Shown: positions 55,870 through 64,000 of the stretch, piece after piece
How positions within the stretch are numbered: position 1 is the first letter of the stretch
Layout: every line of letters starts with the position of its first letter
Assembly (NCBI GenBank): GCA_016186645.1
Contig: JACPLF010000010.1
Location: forward strand, 10,269-74,268
Source of the DNA: Candidatus Levyibacteriota bacterium
GTDB taxonomy: Bacteria; Patescibacteriota; Microgenomatia; Levybacterales; UBA12049
Direction: 5' to 3'
DNA: 64,000 nt
Position numbers and translations under genes: made by a program
The notes under the pieces: model-generated
The model's database searches: none
Told to the model about the DNA's origin: nothing
What the model saw: the letters and a program-made list of their open reading frames with translations, nothing else

Positions 55870-57393
55870 ATGGGTTTTATTAAGAAGTACAGAATTCAAA
55901 TTCTCGTTTTGGCAGCCTTAACGTTAATATATCTTGTCTCCAGATTCTACAGCATTTTGTCTTTACCCATATTTACTGATGAAGCAATTTATGTTAGGTG
56001 GGCGCAGATTGCAAAACAAGATGCCAACTGGCGATTCATTTCTCTAACCGATGGAAAGCAACCAATGTTTATTTGGCTAATGATGATCTCCTTGCGTTTC
56101 ATAGAAGATCCTTTGTTGGCCGGAAGAGTTGTTTCTGTGGGAGCTGGATTTCTCAGTCTAATTGGAATGTATTTCTTGGGAAGGGAATTGTTTAGGAGTA
56201 ACAAAATCGGATTGATTTCAAGCTCATTGTATGTCTTTTTTCCAATGAGTTTAGTATATGACAGGATGGCTTTGTACGACAGCCTTGTCGGAGCATTTGC
56301 TATCTGGGGGTTGTTTTTTATAGTTCTTCTGGTTCGGACAGTACGCCTAGACGTTGCGCTGATTCTTGGAATGGTAATAGGAGGAGGAGTCCTTACTAAG
56401 ACTAATGCCTTTTTCAATATCTATCTTCTTCCTTTTTCTCTAATTTTGTTTGATTGGCGGGGGAAGGGTATAAAGAATAGGCTAATGAGGTGGTTAGGTT
56501 TGACTGTTGTCGTACTAATAATTACTTATGCATTATATTCAGTCCTGCGACTTTCCCCCTTTTTCCATATAATAACTGAAAAAAATGCAATTTTTGTTTA
56601 TCCCCTGAAGGATTGGCTTAACCATCCTTTCGCTTTTTTTATCGGTAATTGGAAAGCTTTTTGGGATTGGACTATTAGATATTTAACGTGGCCGCTTCTT
56701 GCTCTTGCGCTTTTATCTTTTTTTGTTTCAAAATCTTTTTTTAGAGAAAAATTAATTCTTTTCTTTTGGTTTATTCTTCCGATTGTAGCTTTAGGCCTTT
56801 TTGGGAGAACTCTTTATCCTCGTTTTATTTTCTTCATGCTGCTTCCGCTTTTGCCTCTTATTGCATTTTCCTTAGTTAATATTTCCAAGCGATTAAAGAA
56901 AACTTATTTATTGATAATTTTTCTTGTTTTATCTTTTGCTTTACCTCTCAAAACAGATTTTCTGATACTTACTGATTTTGCTAAGGCCTATATTCCTGTT
57001 TCCGATCAGAGGCAATATCTAAGTGATTGGCCGGCGGGCGGAGGAGTCAAGGATGCTGTTGAGTTTTTTAAAAAAGAAGCAGAAAAGGGAAAAATTTATG
57101 TAGCAACTCAAGGGACTTTTGGATTAATGCCATTCGCATTAGAAATTTATTTGGTGCAAAATCCCAACATAACAATTGAAGGGATATGGCCAGTAGAAGA
57201 CGTTATCCCTCAAAGAGTTCTTGAGAAAAGTAAGCAAATGCCGACATATTTTGTTTTTTACCAGCCCTGCATGATAAAAACTTGCCCTTTTATAGGAGAG
57301 GCGCCGACGACATGGAAAAATTTAGAGCTTATTCAGCAATACAGAAAAGGCTATGGTAAAAGATTTTTCTCTTTGTACAAAGTAATGCCATGA
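55870..57393 (+). CDS. GT-C membrane glycosyltransferase (ArnT/PMT-like)
   Basis: FTDEAIY, DGKQP, YDRMA, many TM segments. Confidence 0.8.
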   Translation: MGFIKKYRIQILVLAALTLIYLVSRFYSILSLPIFTDEAIYVRWAQIAKQDANWRFISLTDGKQPMFIWLMMISLRFIEDPLLAGRVVSVGAGFLSLIGMYFLGRELFRSNKIGLISSSLYVFFPMSLVYDRMALYDSLVGAFAIWGLFFIVLLVRTVRLDVALILGMVIGGGVLTKTNAFFNIYLLPFSLILFDWRGKGIKNRLMRWLGLTVVVLIITYALYSVLRLSPFFHIITEKNAIFVYPLKDWLNHPFAFFIGNWKAFWDWTIRYLTWPLLALALLSFFVSKSFFREKLILFFWFILPIVALGLFGRTLYPRFIFFMLLPLLPLIAFSLVNISKRLKKTYLLIIFLVLSFALPLKTDFLILTDFAKAYIPVSDQRQYLSDWPAGGGVKDAVEFFKKEAEKGKIYVATQGTFGLMPFALEIYLVQNPNITIEGIWPVEDVIPQRVLEKSKQMPTYFVFYQPCMIKTCPFIGEAPTTWKNLELIQQYRKGYGKRFFSLYKVMP

Positions 57394-59021
57394 GGTTTTT
57401 CCGCTATTATCTTTTAGTTCTTATCTTATCTTGTCTGCCGTTTATCGGTATTTTTTTAACCTCACTTTTGCCTCATACCCATGATGGTTTGGTTCACCTG
57501 GCAAGAATAGGGGCATATTTTAAAGCACTTTCAGATGGGCAAATTCCGGTTAGGTGGGCCGGGGATCTCAATTACGGGTATGGAATGCCACTTTTTAATT
57601 TTATGTACCATGTTCCATACATTATTTCTTCTTTTTTTGTCTTTTTGGGAGCAGGGCTGGTAAGTGCTTTCAAGATTGCTCTTGTTTTGAGTTTTATATT
57701 GTCGGGAATTTTTATGTTTGGATTTTCCTTAAGTTTTTTTAAAGACATAAAAAAAGCTTTTTTGGTCACACTTTTTTATCAATTTTTCCCTTTCAGACTT
57801 GTTGAAATTTTAATTAGGGGAAGTTTTGGAGAAGTATACGCCTATGCTTTTTTTCCTCTTGTTCTATGGGGAATAGTATTGCTTTCCAAAAAAGTTAACT
57901 TTAAAAATATTTCAGTAACATCTTTAGGAACAGCATTGCTTATACTTTCTCATAACGCTTTAAGTCTGGTATTTTTTTCAATCTGCATTATTTTTATATT
58001 ATTCTTTGCAGGGAAACCCAAAAATTATATCTATCCATTTTTTGCACTTTTTCTAGGTCTTCTTTTGGCCGCATTTTATTGGATTCCTGCAATTTTTGAA
58101 CACAACTATACATATGGAGATTTATTTATGAAAGATTTATACACCACCCACTTTCCTCCAATTCAGAATTTTTTTATTCCCAACTTTCTTAATAATTCAG
58201 TCTTGCAAACAGGAGGAATATCTATTCAAATTGGTTTGTTTCATACGCTAGTTTTTGCCTTAGGAATCTTCGCCCTTTTTTCTAAAAAAATCGCAAAGTT
58301 CGACAAAAGATTAACTATTTTTTGTCTTTGTATTTTTGCTGGTGCCCTATTTATAATGCAGCCAATTTCAATTTTCCTTTGGGAGAAAATATCTCTTCTT
58401 CGCCAATTTCAATTTTCTTGGAGACTTCTTTCTGTTATTGGTTTTGCAACATCCCTTATGGCAATTTCAATATTTTATTTTGGTTTTTTCAAGAAAAAAA
58501 TTATTTATTTTTCGCTGCTTTTCTTATTAATTTTCTCGACCTTTTATTATTGGAAACCAGTTCTGGGATGGGATAAGATTGACGAAAAATATTATTGGAA
58601 TTTTCCTCTTACAACAACCTATTTTGGAGAGACGGATCTAATATGGTCGGAAGGTCCTGCCAAAAAGTATCCGCTTCATAGAGTTGAAGTGATTGACGGA
58701 AAAGGAGTTGTTAGTCAGTTGGTAAAAAAATCTAATATTCTTACCTTTAAGACTGATAATGAAACTCCAATCAAAGTCGTAACCCACATTCAATATTTTC
58801 CCGGCTGGAGAGCGTTCGTTGATGATAAGCAAGTATCAATTGAGTTTCAGTACGGAATCTATAGGGGACATATTGTTTTTGAAATTCCTATTGGCCAGCA
58901 TGAAGTAAAACTTTCTTTTGGAGAAAGTAGGATAAGATTTATCGCGGATATGCTGACAGTAATTGGGTTTGTATTTTTAATCTCCGTAGGGTTTTTGCTT
59001 AAATATTTTAAGAAAACATGA
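57390..59021 (+). CDS. PTPS-related/YfhO-like membrane protein (probable GT-C)
   Basis: THDG..HLAR, DGQIPVRW..LNYGYGMP, QFSWR, YFPGW. Confidence 0.75.
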   Translation: MRFFRYYLLVLILSCLPFIGIFLTSLLPHTHDGLVHLARIGAYFKALSDGQIPVRWAGDLNYGYGMPLFNFMYHVPYIISSFFVFLGAGLVSAFKIALVLSFILSGIFMFGFSLSFFKDIKKAFLVTLFYQFFPFRLVEILIRGSFGEVYAYAFFPLVLWGIVLLSKKVNFKNISVTSLGTALLILSHNALSLVFFSICIIFILFFAGKPKNYIYPFFALFLGLLLAAFYWIPAIFEHNYTYGDLFMKDLYTTHFPPIQNFFIPNFLNNSVLQTGGISIQIGLFHTLVFALGIFALFSKKIAKFDKRLTIFCLCIFAGALFIMQPISIFLWEKISLLRQFQFSWRLLSVIGFATSLMAISIFYFGFFKKKIIYFSLLFLLIFSTFYYWKPVLGWDKIDEKYYWNFPLTTTYFGETDLIWSEGPAKKYPLHRVEVIDGKGVVSQLVKKSNILTFKTDNETPIKVVTHIQYFPGWRAFVDDKQVSIEFQYGIYRGHIVFEIPIGQHEVKLSFGESRIRFIADMLTVIGFVFLISVGFLLKYFKKT

Positions 59022-61360
59022 AAATAAAAAATATTTTTCTGGCCATTTTGCTTTTTTCCGTAATCATTTTCGGTTTTTTTTACAAGACTGCATTTAATAA
59101 ATACGTCCCTTTTCCCGGAGATCTTTTGGTTTCCGAATATAACCCTTGGAAAGCATATTCTTTTTTGGGCTACAATCCAGGGTCGTATCCCAATAAAGCT
59201 CAGTATTTTGATGTATTAAGGCAAATTTATCCGTGGAAAACATTTTCAATAGATTCTCTTAAGAATGGTGTTTTGCCTTTGTGGAATCCATATAATTTTT
59301 CGGGATCTCCGCTTCTGGCTAATTTCCAATCCTCTGTATTTTATCCTTTTAACTTTTTATATTTTTTACTGCCCCAAATCTGGGCATGGAGCACCATAGT
59401 TATCCTTCAGCCTTTCCTAGCACTGGTATTTACGTTTTTATATACAAGAAAAATAGGAATAAGTCGGGCTGGGTCAATTTTAGCAAGTACGTCTTTTGCT
59501 TTTTCTTCCTTCATGACTGTTTGGCTTGAGTACAATACGATTGGACATGTAATATTATGGCTTCCTTTAATCTTATTGTCTTTAGAGAAACTTTTTGAAA
59601 AAAGATCTGCAATCTGGTCACTTATTTTAGTTCTTTCTCTTGCATCTTCACTTTTTGCAGGACACATACAGATCTTTGTCTATCTATTCTTTTTCACTTT
59701 CCTTTATTCTTTTGCAAGAAAAAAAATATCTTTATTTTTAATATTTTTATTTATCTTGTCTTTGGGGATAGGCGCTGTTCAGCTTATTCCTGGAATTGAA
59801 TTGATATTGCAGTCTGCACGAAGTGCTCATTCATATGACTTAATAGTTAACAAAATCCTAATCCAGCCTTGGCAGCTTGCCATGCTGTTTGTTCCCGATC
59901 TTTTTGGAAATCCGGCAACGCGTAATTATTTTATACAGGATACTTATGTCGGGGATGTAATTTACGTGGGTTTAATACCATTATTATTTTCCATATTTGC
60001 AATTTTCAATGTCAGAAACTCTTTCGTAAAACTTTTTTCCGCTGCTGCTTTTATTCTTTTTATTTTAATAACTCTTAATCCTTTAACTCAATTGATTTAT
60101 AAAATAAATATACCTTTTATTTCCTCAAGCGCATCAAATCTTTTGGTATTTTTAATTTGTTTTTCATTAAGTGTTCTTTGTGGCTTTGGAGTTGATCAGT
60201 TTATTAAAAATAGATATCCGCTAAAAAGTAGTCTCAAATTTTTAGGATCTTTTGTTTTAATTTTCTCTATTTTATGGTTGACGGTTTTAGTCTTTTCCAA
60301 TCTTCCTCTCTCCTCACGTAACCTTATTTATTCAACGATTCTATTTATTGTAGCTTTAGTTTTATTCCTTGCCGCAGTTGTTAATAATAGAATTAAATAT
60401 CTTGTCGTAATACTCTTAATTCTTATCAGCATCTTTGATCTATGGAGATTTTTTCAGAAATTTAATCCTTTTTCGCCTATCGAATTTACAATGCCTACTA
60501 CTCCCATTCTCGATTTTATAAAGAAAAATAATGGGATAAATAGATTCTGGGGATATGGAAGCGGGACTATTGAAGCCAATTTTGCCACACAATATTCAAT
60601 TTTTTCAACTGATGGCTACGATCCTTTGTATCCAAAAAGATATGGTGAATTTATTCAGTCATCCAAAGATGGAAAAATTCAAACACAATTTACTGCCCAA
60701 ACCCGTTCAGACGCATTTGTTGTGCCAGGGTTTGGTGAGACTGATCTAATAGCGAATGAGTCGCGATTAAAGGTTCTCGACCTTTTAGGAGCTAAATACA
60801 TTTTAGATAAAAAAGAAAATGCCAGTACTCAAAAAACGTTTCCCCTAGATAGGTTTTCCTTAGTTTATGAACAAGATGGATGGAAAATTTTTGAGAATAA
60901 GAAAGCATTGCCGCGGGCATTCCTGGTCTCGGATTACAAGGTGGCAAAAAATTCTTCAGAATTTGAAAAGATATTTTTTGCCAAAGATTTCGACTCCTCA
61001 AAGACAATAATTTTAGAAGAAGATTTGAAAGATCAGTACTTCGATAATTCAAATCATCTAAGCGACGTTCAGACAATATTCTACGGCCCAAACGAAATTC
61101 AATTTAAAACAAATACCGATGGGAAGCATCTGCTTTTTCTCTCAGATACTTATTATCCCGGCTGGGAAGCTTATGTCGATAGCAATGATGCCAAAATATA
61201 CAGAGCAGATTATGCGTTCAGGGCAGTAATAATTCCTTCGGGAAGTCACAGTGTGAAGTTTGTTTATAATCCTATATCTTTTAAGATTGGATATATCATT
61301 TCCTTGATCAGCTTAGCTTTGTTAGGGATTACGCTTTTGACTGTAAAAAAGAAGCTGTAG
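59018..61360 (+). CDS. YfhO-family membrane protein (probable GT-C)
   Basis: PLWNPY..SGSPLLAN, GYDP, LPRAF, DTYYPGW, RAV..GSHSV. Confidence 0.8.
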   Translation: MKIKNIFLAILLFSVIIFGFFYKTAFNKYVPFPGDLLVSEYNPWKAYSFLGYNPGSYPNKAQYFDVLRQIYPWKTFSIDSLKNGVLPLWNPYNFSGSPLLANFQSSVFYPFNFLYFLLPQIWAWSTIVILQPFLALVFTFLYTRKIGISRAGSILASTSFAFSSFMTVWLEYNTIGHVILWLPLILLSLEKLFEKRSAIWSLILVLSLASSLFAGHIQIFVYLFFFTFLYSFARKKISLFLIFLFILSLGIGAVQLIPGIELILQSARSAHSYDLIVNKILIQPWQLAMLFVPDLFGNPATRNYFIQDTYVGDVIYVGLIPLLFSIFAIFNVRNSFVKLFSAAAFILFILITLNPLTQLIYKINIPFISSSASNLLVFLICFSLSVLCGFGVDQFIKNRYPLKSSLKFLGSFVLIFSILWLTVLVFSNLPLSSRNLIYSTILFIVALVLFLAAVVNNRIKYLVVILLILISIFDLWRFFQKFNPFSPIEFTMPTTPILDFIKKNNGINRFWGYGSGTIEANFATQYSIFSTDGYDPLYPKRYGEFIQSSKDGKIQTQFTAQTRSDAFVVPGFGETDLIANESRLKVLDLLGAKYILDKKENASTQKTFPLDRFSLVYEQDGWKIFENKKALPRAFLVSDYKVAKNSSEFEKIFFAKDFDSSKTIILEEDLKDQYFDNSNHLSDVQTIFYGPNEIQFKTNTDGKHLLFLSDTYYPGWEAYVDSNDAKIYRADYAFRAVIIPSGSHSVKFVYNPISFKIGYIISLISLALLGITLLTVKKKL

Positions 61361-61380
61361 GCTATATAATATAAGCATAG

Positions 61381-63021
61381 ATGAGCAAAAAAGTCGTATT
61401 TATCTTTCTTGCAGTATTGTTGGTTGCTTCTGTTTTCAGACTCTACGAATTAATTGATATTCCACCAGGAGTTAATCGTGACGAAGCATCAATCGGTTAT
61501 ACTGCATATTCGATATTGCATACAGGTAAGGATGAGTATGGAAAACTCTTTCCGCTATCTTTTCAATCTTTTGGTGATTGGAAATTACCTTTATATATTT
61601 ATACAGTAGTTCCTTTTGTTTCTGTTTTTGGACTGAGTGAATTAGCGGTTAGATTGCCATCTGCAATCATTGGCATTTTATCAGTAGCTCTTACTTTTTA
61701 TTTAGTAAAAATTCTTTTCAAAAATAACCTGCTTGCTCTTATTGCAATGTTTTTGGCTGCGGTCTCTTCCTGGAGCGTTCATTTATCCAGAGTAGAATCA
61801 GAGTCTAACACTGCTGTTTTCCTTACGCTCTTAGGAACTATTCTCTTTCTAAAGAGTTTTAAAGAAAAGAAATGGTTGATTATTCCAAGCGCTTTTTGTT
61901 TCGCTTTAACGTACTTTACCTATGCCGGAAATCATATTTTCACAACCTTTTTTGTTGCAGGATTAGTATTCTTTTATCGCGATCAAATTAAGCAAACTCG
62001 ATTAAATCTTATAGCTTTTTTTATTTTTTTAAGTTTGTCTGGGCTTATTTTTTACCAGACACTTTTTAGCGCAAGTACGACAAAATTATCAGGTATAAGT
62101 ATTTTTGGAGATCCATCAGTTATTCATGCAAAAATTGAAATTCCCCGAAATGAACATACAGATTCCCAGTCTCTTTTTGCAAGAATTACGCATAATAAAA
62201 TAGTTTTTGCGGGAGAAAGAATTGCTCAAAACTACCTTAACTCGTTCTCTCCTTCATTCCTGTTTATAAAGGGCGGAGATAATAACGCGCATAATATTGC
62301 AAATTTTGGCAACATGTATATTGTTGAAGCACCTTTCCTTTTCTTGGGATTGATTTACCTTCTTGCTATAAGAAAGGGTAGAGAAAAAAAACTTCTGATG
62401 TTGTGGTTTTTCATTGCACCTATTGCCGTAAGCATAACTAAAGACGCGCCCCATACAAACAGAATGTTTGCCATATTTCCAGCACTTCAATTGGTTACAG
62501 CTTTTGGGATATGGTGGACGATTAGCGAGTTGATCAAAAAGGACGCTTTTAAAAAAATATTTATAGCTGTTGTTGCATTTTTATTCTTGATAAATGTCGC
62601 CGTATACATAGACAGATATTTTATTCATTTTCCAAGAAACGAAGTAAGGAATTGGGGATTGGGATATAAAAAACTGGATGAGGTTTTATCCAAGCCTGAA
62701 TTTGTTAATAAAAAAATTATTATATCAAGACCTAAATATTCTCCTTACATTTACTTACTTTTTTACAATCCTTATGACCCCAGCAAATATCAAAAAGAAG
62801 TAAAAAGATATCCTCCAACACAGGATGGATTTGTAGATGTAAAAGGATTTGGAAGGTATGAATTTAGAGGGATTGATTGGGGAAAAGATATTCAAACGCC
62901 CAACACTCTGATTGTTGATTGGTCTTCAGATGTTCCTGCATCTGTAAAACAAGCTTTCCATAAGGAAGATATCATACTTCCAAATGACGAATTTATGTTT
63001 ACGATTATTGAAACGCGATGA
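61381..63021 (+). CDS. GT-C membrane glycosyltransferase (ArnT/PMT-like)
   Basis: RDEASIGYTAYS..TGKDE, FGDWKLP, VRLPSA. Confidence 0.8.
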   Translation: MSKKVVFIFLAVLLVASVFRLYELIDIPPGVNRDEASIGYTAYSILHTGKDEYGKLFPLSFQSFGDWKLPLYIYTVVPFVSVFGLSELAVRLPSAIIGILSVALTFYLVKILFKNNLLALIAMFLAAVSSWSVHLSRVESESNTAVFLTLLGTILFLKSFKEKKWLIIPSAFCFALTYFTYAGNHIFTTFFVAGLVFFYRDQIKQTRLNLIAFFIFLSLSGLIFYQTLFSASTTKLSGISIFGDPSVIHAKIEIPRNEHTDSQSLFARITHNKIVFAGERIAQNYLNSFSPSFLFIKGGDNNAHNIANFGNMYIVEAPFLFLGLIYLLAIRKGREKKLLMLWFFIAPIAVSITKDAPHTNRMFAIFPALQLVTAFGIWWTISELIKKDAFKKIFIAVVAFLFLINVAVYIDRYFIHFPRNEVRNWGLGYKKLDEVLSKPEFVNKKIIISRPKYSPYIYLLFYNPYDPSKYQKEVKRYPPTQDGFVDVKGFGRYEFRGIDWGKDIQTPNTLIVDWSSDVPASVKQAFHKEDIILPNDEFMFTIIETR

Positions 63022-64000
63022 AAAAAAATATTCTTCTGATTCTTATTTTGATTATTTTTTCTATACCCGCAATACTTCCTCTTTTTAATAAGGGTTTTTT
63101 CCAAAGCGATGACGGAGAATGGATGATTATAAGAGCGGCATCCTTTTATTCAGCACTTGCGGATGGACAATTCCCTGTTAGATATTTATCTAGTCTTAAT
63201 TATGGGTATGGATATCCTGTTGCTAATTTTCTATATCCGGGATTTATGTATTTAGCTGTTCCAATTCATATTTTGAGTTTTGGTTTTGTGGATACGATTA
63301 AAATTATCTTAGGACTTTCCATGGTTGGTTCTGCTGTCTTTTCTTTCCTCTGGCTTTCAAAAATATTTAATAAATTTTCTGCATTTGTTGGATCGATATA
63401 CTATCTATATATGCCATATCACTTATTTGATCTTTATAAAAGGGGATCTGTTGGAGAAATTCTTGCGTTGGCAATTGTTCCTTTTATCTTGTGGCAAATT
63501 GAGAGAAAAAGTTTTTTCTGGACTATCTTGGGAATATCATGTCTTATTCCCGCTCACAATACCCTAGCTCTTTTGTTTTTCCCAATTGTCATTTTTTATT
63601 TGGCTAGAAAATTCTCTGTCCGCGACACTTTATACACACTAATTATCAGTCTTGGCATGTCCTGTTTCTTCTGGATTCCCGCTCTTTTTGATTTACAATA
63701 TACAATTTTTTCTAGAACAAAAGTATCTGAATGGCAAAACTATTTTGCAGACATAAATGTTATCAGTTATTTGTCGTTAATTATCCTTGCTATAGGTATT
63801 GGGATGGCAGCAAAAAAGAAAGTTTTGGGTGCAGCTCTCTTTCTCTTAATTGTAGGATTAATATCTTTATTTTTATCAACTTCAGGTAGTAGTTTTATTT
63901 GGCAAGCACTTCCCATATCGTTTGTACAATTTCCTTTTAGATTTTTATCAGTAGAAATCTTGACCGTTTCATATTTAGCGAGTTTTATTTTGTCTAGTAT
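63018..64000 (+). CDS. PTPS-related membrane protein (partial, runs off window end)
   Basis: MKKNILL..SDDGEWMIIR..DGQFPVRY..LNYGYGYP; paralog of 57390-59021; absent from the ORF track because no stop is reached. Confidence 0.75.
   Translation, partial: MKKNILLILILIIFSIPAILPLFNKGFFQSDDGEWMIIRAASFYSALADGQFPVRYLSSLNYGYGYPVANFLYPGFMYLAVPIHILSFGFVDTIKIILGLSMVGSAVFSFLWLSKIFNKFSAFVGSIYYLYMPYHLFDLYKRGSVGEILALAIVPFILWQIERKSFFWTILGISCLIPAHNTLALLFFPIVIFYLARKFSVRDTLYTLIISLGMSCFFWIPALFDLQYTIFSRTKVSEWQNYFADINVISYLSLIILAIGIGMAAKKKVLGAALFLLIVGLISLFLSTSGSSFIWQALPISFVQFPFRFLSVEILTVSYLASFILSS

Overview
AT-rich, gene-dense bacterial chromosome segment using genetic code 11. The gene set and compact style suggest a Patescibacteria/CPR genome, probably Microgenomates; this is an inference, not a database result. 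It is mostly housekeeping and envelope genes: prfB, ftsEX plus an M23 protein, tsaE and a tsaC-tsaB fusion, a nucleotide-sugar cluster (rfbA/B/D, ugd, gmd, uxs), secDF, metK, cca, recJ, aspS, gltX, obgE, lon, two tRNAs and a long array of GT-C-type membrane glycosyltransferases. The most unusual layer is small-scale DNA. (1) Two TrpR/YerC-like HTH genes are each bracketed on both sides by their own distinct palindrome; one sits between rfbD and a decayed duplicate of the rfbD promoter and start. (2) A REP-associated tyrosine transposase (RAYT) has hairpin ends, and several short palindromic repeat families occur nested in each other and inserted in frame in recJ, cca and ftsE. (3) In-frame 7-bp tandem repeats occur in cca and recJ, and one forms the TsaC-TsaB linker. 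(4) A MITE with a 6-bp target duplication sits on the prfB start codon. (5) The M23 peptidase appears circularly permuted. (6) Leaderless and bidirectional promoter architecture is widespread. All calls come from reading the sequence by eye; no searches were run.
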